From: Haliotis rufescens
Taxonomy: Eukaryota
NCBI RefSeq assembly: GCF_023055435.1
Contig: NW_025964013.1
Location: 4,278,001 to 4,342,000 of the forward strand
DNA length: 64,000 nucleotides
Reading direction: 5' to 3'
Numbering within the stretch: the first letter of the stretch is position 1; each line of letters starts with the position of its first letter. This document shows, piece by piece, positions 27,801 through 42,000 of the stretch. The notes under the pieces are model-generated. The model saw only the letters and a program-made list of their open reading frames with translations, had not been told where the DNA came from and searched no databases. Made by a program: the position numbers and the translations under genes.

Positions 27801-29016
27801 CGTCGTCCGCCGGGCGGCCATGTCACTGTCACGTAGGCCTGTCTGCTGAAAGGGGTGGAGGACGTCGTCCGCCGGGCGGCCATGTCACTGTCACGTAGGC
27901 CTGTCTGCTGGTAGGGATGGAGGACGTCGTCCGCCGGGCGGCCATGTCACTGTCACGTAGGCCTGTCTGCTGAAAGGGGTGGAGGACGTCGTCCGCCGGG
28001 CGGCCATGTCACTGTCACGTAGGCCTGTCTGCTGGTAGGGGTGGAGGACGTCGTCCGCCGGGCGGCCATGTCACTGTCACGTAGGCCTGTCTGCTGAAAG
28101 GGGTGGAGGACGTCGTCCGCCGGGCGGCCATGTCACTGTCACGTAGGCCTGTCTGCTGAAAGGGGTGGGGGACGTCGTCCGCCGGGCGGCCATGTCACTG
28201 TCACGTAGGCCTGTCTGCTGGTAGGGGTGGGGGACGTCGTCCGCCGGGCGGCCATGTCACTGTCACGTAGGCCTGTCTGCTGAAAGGGGTGGGGGACGTC
28301 GTCCGCCGGGCGGCCATGTCACTGTCACGTAGGCCTGTCTGCTGAAAGGGGTGGGGGACGTCGTCCGCCGGGCGGCCATGTCACTGTCACGTAGGCCTGT
28401 CTGCTGAAAGGGGTGGAGGACGTCGTCCGCCGGGCGGCCATGTCACTGTCACGTAGGCCTGTCTGCTGAAAGGGGTGGGGGACGTCGTCCGCCGGGCGGC
28501 CATGTCACTGTCACGTAGGCCTGTCTGCTGGTAGGGGTGGGGGACGTCGTCCGCCGGGCGGCCATGTCACTGTCACGTGGCCAACAGTTAATCGTGAATG
28601 TCAATGGCAGTGTATATATAATCAGATAAAAAAAACTTTGCTTTGAAAACTAATTCGAAGAACCAATAAAATCTCTGCCAATATCTCTCCTACTTAATAG
28701 TATTCTTCTTTCAATCTTTAATTAAACTGGAAAGTCACATGTATCTTGGATTGTATAGTGTTTCTCTACTTGCATCCTGTATACGTTTATACGACGAAGT
28801 CATTTCAAACACGTGACAAAATCCAGATACGGATGCCATGCTGAGGTTTTCATGATGATGATGATGATGATGATGATGATAGTGGTTAAGGTGATGTTTG
28901 ATACTGATGATGGTGGTGATGTTGAAGAGTGGTATGATGATGATGATGATGATGACGATGTTGATGATGATGATAGTGGTTTGATAGTGATGATTGTGGT
29001 GATGTTGAAGATTGGT

Positions 29017-29067
<51 letters not shown>

Positions 29068-29128
29068 CTGATGACAGTGGTTTAGGTGATGTTTGATAGT
29101 GATGATTGTGGTGATGTTGAAGATTGGT

Positions 29129-29164
<36 letters not shown>

Positions 29165-32100
29165 TTGCTGTTTCAGACTGCCCTTTAGGATGGGATGAGT
29201 ATGAACTGAAGTGTTACCACTTCGTGGTCTACCCACCTCGGGTGTATGCGGAGGCAATGGCGGCCTGCCAGGTAAGGTCACACGTTCTTCAATTGTCAGT
29301 TTCTCAATGTCTGTTTGTTGTGTGCATTATTTATAAACGTATATGCACTATTCTCCCAAACACTGAAAAATGCGTGATTCTGATTGGTCAAACAGTAACA
29401 TCAGGTATCTCATTCCATTAAAAGTAACGACACTTCTCATACAAAAATTTTCGCGTGATAACATTGATCTATCGATAGCCTACATACCGATGTAAGAAGA
29501 ATGGTTGCCTATAACAACCCATAATAACTGTTGTCGGAACATTATCAGAAATAAGACACTTTCATGATACAAAATGTTTATGAAATCAGGCACTAGCATA
29601 TTGTGAAGTGTTAAAGAAATCAGACACTATCGTGTTGTAAAGTGTTAAAGATATCAGATACTCTCGTGTTGTGAAGTGTTGAGGAAATCAGACACTATCA
29701 TGTTGTAAAGTGTTGAAGAAACCAGAGACACTATCATGTTGTAAAGTGTTTAAGAAATCAGACACTATCATGTTGTTAAGTGTTGAAGAAATCAGACACT
29801 ATCGTGTTGTAAAGTGTTAAAGAAATCAGACACTATCGTGTTGTTAAGTGTTGAAGAAATCAGACACTATAGTGTTGTAAAGTGTTGAAGAAATCAGACA
29901 CTATCATGTTGTAAAGTGTTGAAGAAATCAGACACTATCATGTTGTAAAGTGTTGAAGAAATCAGACACTATTATGTTGTTAAGTGTTGAAGAAATCAGA
30001 CACTATAGTGTTGTAAAGTGTTGAAGAAATCAGACACTATAGTTTTGTAAAGTGTTGAAGAAATCAGACACTATCATGTTGTTAAGTGTTGAAGAAATCA
30101 GACACTATAGTGTTGTAAAGTGTTGAAGAAATCAGACACTATCAAGTTGTAAAGTGTTGAAAAAATCAGATACTATCATGTTGTAAAGTGTTGAAGAAAC
30201 CAGAGATACTATCATGTTGTAAAGTATTGCAGAAGTCAGAGACACTATCATGTTGTAAAGTATTCCAGAAGCCAGAGACACTATCATGTTGTAAAGTATT
30301 CCAGAAGCCAGACACTATCATATTGTAAAGTCTTGCAGAAATTAGACACTATCATGTTGTAAAGTGTTGAAAAAATCAGACACTATTATGTTGTAAAGTA
30401 TGGCAGAAGTCACAGACACTATCATGTTGTAAAATGTTCCGGAAGTAAGACACTATCATGTTGTAAAGTGTTGCAGAAACCAGGGACACTATCATGTTGT
30501 TAAGTGTTGAAGAAATCAGACACTATCATGCTCTGTCAATCAGTCTGCTTGGTGTTATGACGTTGTGTGTCTCTCTCCAGGAAGACGGGGCGAGTCTGGT
30601 GAGTGTCAACGATGCCAGGGAGCACCAGTTTCTCAGCCAATGGCTCACCAAGAACGACGGCAACAGGTTAGATTACTTCTCGCTGGTACACATGTGATCG
30701 GGATACGTGATATACTCAGTATTCTCCAAGATTATTACTCGAGTAATGGCTGGCATATGGTTGTCATAAAGGTTGACGAGGTGACGGAGTGTGTGATTAG
30801 TGAGGGGAGCGGTACCATTCATTCCATATACCCCCTGTCACGGCCAAGTGTGATTTGTGTGACGAGGACATGGGGATGAGTTAATTAAATATGTACACTT
30901 AATACCAGATATGTATGTCCCTACTAGCATGGTAACCCACAACAGTTTCACATGGCATGAAATATACGCCATAGAATAATAAGTCTCGATTATCTGCTGA
31001 AACAGACGCCATTGGGCGTAAAAAGGAAAAATAGTGGTGAACATTATATGAGGGGAACACAAAAATCAGCGATGCTGCAGGTGTTCGCAGAGTCAACACA
31101 AAAACCGTGCGTAGGAAAACATCGATCTGTCGACAGACAACGCGTTGATGCGTGTAACAATGGCTGCCGATATGCCATTAGAATATTGTAAAAGTTCGAT
31201 ATCAGAACAGCTTACTACACATGATGAACTTATTTCCGAAAACACAGTTAAATAGTCAAGTCAAGTTTTTATTTCGTATTACCGTCAAGTCGCCTGTATT
31301 ATATTTGACAAGACCCAGTCATAGACACAAAGGAAGGGTAACCTACTTGTCTAAAGGGTCGCGATGCGGAGTTGTGTTCCTTAGTCGGGAGAGGATAAGC
31401 TGGCAGTGGGTTCAAATTCCAGTCCGCCCCGTTTACATTCCTCCAGCATCATATCCGTATTCGTGTAGTAAACGTCAATGACCCCATCACCTAGTTCTTC
31501 CCCTACCCTCAAGTGACCTTCTGTTAAAGCGGTGTTGAAACTCACTCACTCACTCATAAATAGTACACACACACAGAGACACATACACACGTCATGGTAC
31601 TATTATAGTTTAAATTGAAAGACTATTGAAGAATTGTACAGCGTCGCTATTAGCTTCCCCTAATCTTATTAGGTGTTAAGGCGGAGCATGTCTGTTTTAG
31701 ACAGGATCTGTGGTTCACCAGCGGAACCGGAAGCGAGCTCAGCTTGAAGTGGGAGGGCGACGGTTCCTCCAGTCAACAGGAGCACGACTGGTGGTTGGAA
31801 GCAAGCGATTATAATCTGACCAATGAGATCGTTGTTTATAAATATTCCGGTAAATATTGTTTTCAGTTATTTAAAATATTCGTAAATGTTTAAGCTGTCG
31901 TATTTGGTCAACGAATTTGCCCAAGTTATCCGTGACCATGTTTTCGTGAACACTTCATGTCGACATGTCACATATCTTATATACAGTAACAAGAAACTGT
32001 GTTGCGCTTTCAGTTCCACTTGGAGAATTTGGTTGGAGTCGGTCTCCGAAGAGAGCAGTTCTCTCATACATCTGTGAGATCAGTAGGAACGAAGCCTTCA

Positions 32101-35100
32101 GAATAACACAGGCTGTGCGAGACTACAGTGAGTTGATTACGACATCACGGGCTGAAACTGGCCTGATACTCATGTCGGTGTGCCAGGCCTTGCCTATCAC
32201 TTAGGGAGCTGTCTCGTCAGTCTTACAAGTCCTGTCACGTCAGTGAGATATTCATTCAAAATTCATTCATTCATTCATTCATTCATTCATTCTTAATCCA
32301 TCCATAATCCATTCATCCGTTCATTCATACATTCGTTCGTTTGTTCATTCATTCATTCATTCATTCATTCATTCATTCAATATGTAATCACCCCAGTATA
32401 CATTTCACATCATATCGCAATACGTTTCACTGGCATGAAATATACGCCACAGAATAATAAGTCTCGAATATCTGGTGAAACAGACGCCATTGGACGTAAC
32501 GGCCAAATAGTGGTGAACATTATATGAAGGGAACACTAATCAGCGATGACACTAGGTGTTCGCAGAGTCAAACACAAAAACCGTGCGTACCAAAACATCG
32601 ATCTGTCGACAGACAACGCGTGACAATGGCTGCCGGTAGCCCATTAGAATATTGTAAAAGTTCGATATCAGAACAGCTTACTACACATGATGAAACTTAT
32701 TTCCGAAAACACGGTTAAATAGTCAAGTCAAGTTTGTATTTCGTATGAAGGCCACTCGACCATATACACGATATTTACATAAGTTTATACAGCAAACTTC
32801 AATACATGGTAAACCTGCGATTATAACTCTCTGTCTCTGTAAGTTGGGACAGGAATTACAGCAAACTTCAATACATCATGGTAAACCTGCGATTATAACT
32901 CTCTGTCTCTATAAGTTGCGACAGGAATTTACATAGTTTCTTTAACAATGTTCACAGTTTCCAGACAGTAGCATCTTAAACTTATTCAAGGCTGGATATT
33001 GATAGTATATTGTCGGTAAGTGACACTGTGTGAGGTCATCACAATAGTTATGATATTCATCTTCTATACCAAGTTTACATACAGGACCTGCACGTGGTGA
33101 TCACTCTAGTCCTAACCACCTACCTTCTTTACCCAGCAGTTTTAACAATCCTAGGCCTGCTCCCAGTCTAATAATCATGTTACGATGTTCTTTGTCTGAG
33201 ATGACAGATAGATATTTACAGGCTTATATAAAGTACCTGGAACTTACGTTAAGGTGATATTCAAGGACTGAAAATACATATTTATTTGAGCATCATTTAA
33301 AACCTTCAGAAATGTCACTTTGAGATGACCACAAGAAGAACACACACTTACTACTGTGTCTTGGCCACATAATCAGCGGTAACAAATATACAGTCTCTCT
33401 AGTGACATCGTCTGCCGCTAAAACTCAGCAACGGCTCTGGGTGGTGAGATAGTCAGTGAGTATGGTTTTACGCCGCTTTTAGCAATATTCCAGCAATATC
33501 ACGGCGGGGGACACCAGAAATGGACTTCACATATAATGTGTTCGAATGTGTTGGAGTTGTGGACCCTCTTGAGAAGACTCAGCAGGTCCGCCCTCACCAC
33601 GGCCAAACCCAACACAACCAGACAACAGGCTATCTTCATTGTGGTCTGAAAAAATGGCTTCGATGTTACTGATTGACTGAGTCTGGTTTAACACCATATC
33701 CAGCAATATCACGGCGGGGGACACCAGAAATGAGCTTCACATATAATACCCATGTCGGGAATCGAACCCGGGTCTTCAGCGTGACGAGCGAACGCTTTAA
33801 CCACTAGGCTACCCGACCGCCCCAAGCTCGGGGTGGAGAACTAGTCCTCCGTAATGTGTATTATTGTTGAGGGAATGTTTCAACCCAACTGCTACCTGAG
33901 AACAACTTCAAAATAACTAAATTCCGGTTATTTAATCAAGTTCGTTGGAGAAATAAATTTGTTCAGCATTTCCTTCAGCATGTCATGTCATGCTGATTCC
34001 CAATTAAAACACAACTGTGATGTCGTTCTATTGGTTAAACCCTCCATTATTTTGCAGGAATGTTTTGCAGGTGTTTGTTAATTATACGTTATCTTGAACC
34101 AACATTTCAAGTAGTTTACACTTTGAATAGACTGAACTGTTCTTTATATATTTTTACATGTGAATGATATAAAATAATGACGGAACACATGTGTCGCCAG
34201 CCCCCGCATCGCTTGTGAAATTAACTATTAAATATTTTCAAATATTTGCATTATCCTTAAAAGCTAGAAAAATATGTAGATAATGTTGGATTGCAGCAGG
34301 TTACCTAAAACCATGTTCATATATAAAAGCAATCAGATAAACTTTTGACGAAAAGAATAATCAGGTAAACATACATATGCTTGTTAAGGGCTCTAGATTT
34401 TCTATAATGCCTGTCAGCATGTATTTATAACGTGCAAGCGAGTAATAAAATACTGGTATAGGACCCTCACAAAGTTATGAAGAGCCGTGTACTATGCATT
34501 GTAAATGTCAGCTCGCGACGGTGCTTGGTGCACGTGCAACAGCGACAGAGAACGAATTCCTCGTGCATTACTGCAAGGACGACTCACACAGAATAAATAC
34601 AGTCTACAAAGAGTTATATATAGATATATTTTTCAAATATTTTCCAAAAGAGAGTAAAAGTGTAAAAGTAGGTTTGTGTTTTAAGTAGGGGCCTATTACT
34701 TTTAAGGAATGGAGAGTTACGAGAACAGTCTCCTCTACGAAATTACCTGTCGCGCTGACTTCCAAGAAATCACGTGCGGTGTCGATTTCCAAGAAGTGGT
34801 TTGGTTGAGTCCAAACAGTACAAATATACAACAGATTGCGGTAAAATTAAATTAATATCTTTAGAGGGTTATTTGGCAACTTCATTTTGAAAAACTGTGA
34901 GGTTCTTTAACCATGATTCGAAATAGTCAAGTGATTATTTGAACTTTGAACTTTAGTAATACTTGCTCAATTTATAACTACTTTGCTGAAGCGCCCGGTT
35001 CCTAATTTACATAAGAGGTATGTAATCTACAGTGGTACAACATCAAATTTCAAAACACAGTAGGTTTATCTCCTAATTCACTTACTCACTCAATCACTTC

Positions 35101-35988
35101 TTTCCGTCCTGTCAGCGTATGGCCAAGACGTCACAGACCCAAGCCGCATTCCGCGTGGCCCAAAGTTTCTCAACCGTCACCCCGACATCGTCATCGCCGG
35201 CCGCAACCCCACCGCTTCCATCGAGTGCAGAGCGTCCGGAACTCCTCAGCCGACATTCAAATGGTACAAGAGTTATGGCACCGCCAAGCAAACGGAAGTG
35301 ACGTCATCGGTAGATGAACGTTACACGTTAACCAATGGCAGACTGACTATCCAGGCCCCGGATTCAACACTGGACCTGGGGAGCTACCAGTGCACTGCTA
35401 CCAACTCTGTCGGGAGGATCATCAGCGACCCAATTCAGGTGTCATTTGGATGTACGGTGTTTCACAATCTTCTTATTACTTAGGGGGGGCAAGGGTGGTC
35501 CAGTCGTGTAAGCGCCGCAATTCGTTATGCAGAGTTGCGTCCTATGGATACGCCAGAAATCTATGATTGTGGTTCGAATCCTGGTTTGCCTCCGTTATGT
35601 TTCAATGTTTGTCAGCACCATGCCCGTGCTCGTGGGTACCGTCTTTGACCTGCATCACTTCGGGCTTTCCTCCCACATTAAGCTGACACGCCGTGATATA
35701 ACGTGAGAACTGTTAACTCACTCACTCACACGTATATGCTATGAGCGTCCGCCCGGAGAGCGTAAGGTCAGGGGTTCGATCACCGGTCGCGTCATACCAA
35801 AAGATGTTAAAAGATGGTACTTGTTGCTTCCCAGTATGGCGCTCAGCATTAAGGAGATTAACTGGTCGGCTCGGAGTTAGGATACTGTGTCTGAGTGGGG
35901 TATTCATGGTAAACCGCGACACGGTACCTCAGTGGGCTAGCATTACAAAATAGGCATCAGTCCGGACTAGTCCAGGCAGTCTCTCTCA

Positions 35989-36028
<40 letters not shown>

Positions 36029-39000
36029 CATGCACGTCGCTGTACAAGTACAATAACCTTGACTAAACCCCATTTCACCTCACCTATATGTTATAAAAGT
36101 AATGAAATGTTAAACCATGTTCCTTGACACAGATCCAAAGGGCGGGGAGGGAGCTAAATGTTTACTGCTTTGCAAAAGATCACGTGTTTATGCATTGTAC
36201 ATATGCACAAGTATTTAAGCATCCCCAAAACGTGCAAGAGTTTGTTTAACATTATTACTGATGGAGGGGGTAGTGAGGGGGTGTTGACATGTGACGTCAC
36301 TTTACAGAGATGCTGAATGTTGACATGTGACGTCACATTACAGAGATGCTGAATGTTGACATGTGACGTCACATTACAGAGATGCTGAATGTTGACATGT
36401 GACGTCACATTACAGAGATGCTGAATGCTGACATGTGACGTCACATTACAGAGATGCTGAATGTTGACATGTGACGTCACATTACAGAGATGCTGAGTGT
36501 TGACATGTTACGTCACATTACAGAGATGCTGAATGTTGACATGTGACGTCACATTACAGAGATGCTGAGTGTTGACATGTTACGTCACATTGCAGAGGTC
36601 AAGCTGAAGGTGAATGATTACGTGTGACGTCACATTACAGAAATCAAGCTGAATGTTGTTTTGTGGGGTTGAATGAATGAATGAATGAATGGTGATGTGC
36701 GACGTTACCGTACAGAGATTATGGTGAGCGTGGACGTGTTTGCCGTGCCTGTTGCAGATCTGTACGAGTTCTCCAACGATCCCCCCGGCTCCCTGTACGC
36801 CGCACTCTACCAGGGAGCGGACATCATGTGTAAAGTCCCCGCATATAACCCAGGTAAAACACGCAGGCGACATATCACTCCTGAGACAGATAATGGTTCT
36901 TATGAAATCTAGAAGTATATATTTACTCCGGTGAATCTCACGACTAACACAACTGTTAATAGCTATTTAAAGAGAATCTCGCAGAACTTACACGTCTTTG
37001 TGAGTTGTATCTGACGAACCAGCGGTATAAGTGTTTGTGTGTGTATCTAGCACTGACGTACCAGCGGTATAAGTGTTTGTGTGTGTATCTAGCACTGACG
37101 AACCAGCGGTATAAGTGTTTGTGTGTGTATCTAGCACTGACGAACCAGCGGTATAAGTGTTTGTGTATCTAGCACTGACGAACCAGCGGTATAAGTGTTT
37201 GTGTGTATATCTAGCACTGACGTACCAGCGGTATAAGTGTTTGTGTATGTATCTAGCACTGACGTACTAGTGTATAAGTGTTTGTGTGTGTATCTAGCAC
37301 TGACGAACCAGGGTAATAAGTGTTTGTGTGTGTATCTAGCACTGACGAACCAGGGTAATAAGTGTTTGTGTGTGTATCTAGCACTGACGAACCAGGGTAA
37401 TAAGTGTTTGTGTGTGTATCTAGCACTGACGAACCAGCGGTATAAGTGTTTGTGTGTGTATCTAGCACTGACGAACCAGCGGTATAAGTGTTTGTGTGTG
37501 TATCTAGCACTGACGAACCAGGGTAATAAGTGTTTGTGTATGTATCTAGCACTGACGAACCAGCGGTATAAGTGTTTGTGTGTGTATCTAGCACTGACGA
37601 ACCAGCGGTATAAGTGTTTGTGTGTGTATCTAGCACTGACGAACCAGCGGTAATAAGTGTTTGTGTGTGTATCTAGCACTGACGAACCAGCGGTATAAGT
37701 GTTTGTGTGTGTATCTAGCACTGACGTACTAGTGTATAAGTGTTTGTGTGTGTATCTAGCACTGACGAACCAGGGTAATAAGTGTTTGTGTGTGTATCTA
37801 GCACTGACGAACCAGGGTAATAAGTGTTTGTGTGTGTATCTAGCACTGACGAACCAGCGGTATAAGTGTTTGTGTGTGTATCTAGCACTGACGTACCAGC
37901 GGTATAAGTGTTTGTGTGTGTATCTAGCACTGACGAACCAGGGTAATAAGTGTTTGTGTGTGTATCTAGCACTGACGAACCAGCGGTATAAGTGTTTGTG
38001 TGTGCATCTAGCACTGACGAACCAGCGGTATAAGTGTTTGTGTATGTATCTAGCACTGACGTACCAGCGGTATAAGTGTTTGTGTGTGTATCTAGCACTG
38101 ACGAACCAGCGGTATGAGTGTTTGTGTGTGTATCTAGCACTGACGAACCAGGGTAATAAGTGTTTGTGTGTGTATCTAGCACTGACGAACCAGCGGTATA
38201 AGTGTTTGTGTGTGTATCTAGCACTGACGAACCAGCGGTATAAGTGTTTGTGTGTGTATCTAGCACTGACGTACCAGCGGTATAAGTGTTTGTGTGTGTA
38301 TCTAGCACTGACGTACTAGTGTATAAGTGTTTGTGTGTGTATCTAGCACTGACGAACCAGGGTAATAAGTGTTTGTGTGTGTATCTAGCACTGACGAACC
38401 AGCGGTATGAGTGTTTGTGTGTGTATCTAGCACTGACGAACCAGGGTAATAAGTGTTTGTGTGTGTATCTAGCACTGACGTACTAGTGTATAAGTGTTTG
38501 TGTGTGTATCTAGCACTGACGAACCAGGGTAATAAGTGTTTGTGTGTATATCTAGCACTGACGTACCAGCGGTATAAGTGTTTGTGTATGTATCTAGCAC
38601 TGACGTACTAGTGTATAAGTGTTTGTGTGTGTATCTAGCACTGACGAACCAGGGTTATAAGTGTTTGTGTGTGTATCTAGCACTGACGAACCAGGGTAAT
38701 AAGTGTTTGTGTGTGTATCTAGCACTGACGAACCAGCGGTATAAGTGTTTGTGTGTGCATCTAGCACTGACGAACCAGCGGTATAAGTGTTTGTGTGTGT
38801 ATCTAGCACTGACGAACCAGCGGTATAAGTGTTTGTGTGTGTATCTAGCACTGACGTACTAGTGTATAAGTGTTTGTGTGTGTATCTAGCACTGACGAAC
38901 CAGGGTAATAAATGTTTGTGAGTTGTATCTAGCACTGACGAACCAGGGTTATAAGAGGCTTGTGGGTTGTATCTAGCACTGACGAACAAGGGTTATAAGA

Positions 39001-42000
39001 GGTTTCTGAGTTGTATCTATCACTGACGAACCGGGGTTATAAATGTTTGTGAGTTGTATCTAGCAGTGACGAACCGGGTTTATAAATGTTTGTGAGTTAT
39101 ATCTAGCACTGACGAACCAGGGTTATAAGAGGCTTGTGAGTTGTATCTAGCACTGACGAACCGGGGTTATAAGTGTTTGTGTGTATCTAGCACCGACGAA
39201 CCAGGGTTATAAATGTTTGTGAGTTGTATCTAGCACTGACGTACCAGGGTTATAAGAGGCGTGTGAGTTGTATCTAGCACTGACGAACCAGCGGTATAAG
39301 TATTTGTGAGTTATTTCTAGCACTGACGAACCAGGGTTATAAATGTTTGTGAGTTGTATCTAGCACTGACGAACCGGGGTAATAAATGTTTGTGTATCTA
39401 GCGCTGACGAACCGGGGTAATAAATGCTTGTGAGTTGTATCTAGCACTGACGAACCAGGTTATAAATGTTTGTGAGTTGTATCTAGCACTGACAAACCAG
39501 GGTTATAAGAGGCTTATGAGTTGTATCTAGCACTGACGAACCGGGGTTATAAATGTTTGTGAGTTGTATCTAGCACTGACAAACCAGGGTTATAGGAGGC
39601 TTGTGAGTTGTATCTAGCACTGACGAACCAGGGTTATAGGAGGCTTGTGAGTTGTATCTATCACTGACAAACCAGGGTTATAAGAGGCTTGTGAGTTGTA
39701 TCTAGCACTGACGAACCGGGGTTATAAGTGTTTGTGTGTATCTAGCACTGACGAACCAGCGGTATAGGTGTTTGTGAGTTGTATCTAGCACTGACGAACC
39801 GGGGTTATTAGTGTTTGTGAGTTGTATCTAGCAGTGACGAACCGGGTTTATAAATGTTTGTGAGTTATATCTAGCACTGACGAACCGGGGTTATGAGAGG
39901 CTTGTGTGTATCTAGCACTGACGAACCGGGGATATAAATGTTTGTGAGTTGTATCTAGCACTGACGAACCGGGGTTATAAGTGTTTGTGTGTATCTAGCA
40001 CTGACGAACCGGGGTTATAAGAGGCTTGTGAGTTGTAAATAGCACTGAGGAACTCGGGTTATAAGTGTTTGTGTGTATCTAGCACTGACGTACCAGGGTT
40101 ATAAATGTTTGTGTGTGTATCTAGCACTGACGTACCATAGTTATCTGTGTTTGTGTGTGTATCTAGCACAGACGTACAAAGGTTATACATCTTTGTGTGC
40201 GTATCTAGCAGTGACGTACCAAGGTTATACATCTTTGTGTGTGTATCTAGCACTGACGTACCAAGTTTATACATCTTTGTGTTTGTATCTAGCACTGACG
40301 TACCAGGGTTATCTGTGTCTGTGTATCTAGCACTGACGTACCAAGGTTATACATCTTTGTGTGTGTATCTAGCACTGACGTACCAGTGGTACAAGAAGGA
40401 TGCTGCGCACTTCGTCCGGCCTGAGCTGAATGATTACCAGTTCATCTCCCATAACGGGAACCTGTACCTGTCTGAGGCCCAGCAGTCGGACGCTGGCTTC
40501 TACCACTGTGTGGTCACACTGTCCGTGCCCTCGGGGCAGGTGATGGCCACGTCCCAACCCCCCTCGAGAACCAGCCTCGGCATAGAGCTCAAAGTGGGAG
40601 GAGAAAGTAAGAGCCAGAATATTGTATTCTTCGAACTGTTCATTGTTGAGTGGTAACCGAGTTCAAGGGACTGTTAGAAAGGGCCATCAGTAACGTGTTC
40701 TTGTTTACTTGTATCAATCTGTAGACACACAACTTTATTTTTCCGCTAGGTGAGAAACGAGGAGTACATTGAGCTTCAGGTCGCTCATTGTCAATAACAG
40801 CGAGTGAGTGTGGTTTTACGCCGCTTTTAGCAATATTCCAGCAATATCACGGCGGGGGACACCAGAAATGGGCTTCACACATTGTACCCATGTGGGGAAT
40901 CGAACCCGGGTCTTCGGTGTGACGCGCGAATGCTTTAACCAACAGGTTCCCCGACAGCCCCTTGTCAATATGAAGTATCTGTAAATTAAACATGACCGTT
41001 TCAGCCGCCATGGACTTCGGGCCCACCATCCACAACGACTTCCCAGCAGTTTTCCCCAGTCCCCCCCTGAGGGGACAGAACATCCGACTGGAGTGTCTGG
41101 CATACGGAAAGTAAGGGCGCACTAGTCATATACACAGTACATATGAACGCTATACACACGAGTGAGTGAGTGAGTTGGGTTTAACGCCGCTTTTAACAGT
41201 ATTGCAGTTATATCACGGTGTGTCAGCTTAATGTGGGAGGAAAGCCCGAAGTGATGCAGGTCCCAGACGTTTACCACGAGCACAGGTATGGTGCTGACAA
41301 ACCTAGAAACATAATCGTGTCGGACGGGGATTCGAACCCACAATCATAGGTTTCTGGCGTGCCCAAGGGACGCAACTCTGCACAGCGAATCGCACTCTAC
41401 AAATTAAACACAGTACAGCATGTTTACGATACACAGGAGAACATGTACACTGTGTTCAGTTTGTTTGTTTATTTGTTATTTAACGCCGCACGCAGCAATA
41501 ATCCAGCTATATGATGGCGGTCTGTAGATAATAGACTCTGGACCAGACAACCCCGTGACTGACATCATGAGCATCGATCCACCCAATTGGGATACCATGA
41601 CATGCATCAACCACGTCAGCGAACCTGACCACCCGATCCCGTTAGTCGCCTCTAACAACAAGCATAGTCACCTTTTACAGAAAGCATGGGTTGCTGAAGA
41701 CCTATCCTACCCCGGATCTTCACGGATCAACAGCATGTTTAATGTGTTCATGTACACTTTATACAGAAGAACGAGTCCTATAAGTTATATGCTGTGCCAA
41801 AAGAATACAGTATGAACCGTAAAACGTCTGAAATATGTATTATTCACATTAAAACCTGCAGATGTAATGTACACAGTGAAGCTTGTGCTGTAAGTATATA
41901 GGATATACGGTTCGTGGTATTGTTGTTATCGTTGTTTATCGTACAATAAAAGACCGCAGGGAGAATAAACCATGAAGGGCGCAGATATCAACTTAATGTA

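Noticed and set aside
28813-29176. Poly-Asp/poly-Met extension of exon 2
   Set aside because: Intronic (GAT)n; the tttcag acceptor at 29176 fits the phase of the signal-peptide exon.
37000-40372. CRISPR-like regular repeats
   Set aside because: No unique spacers, no cas genes, eukaryotic intron context.
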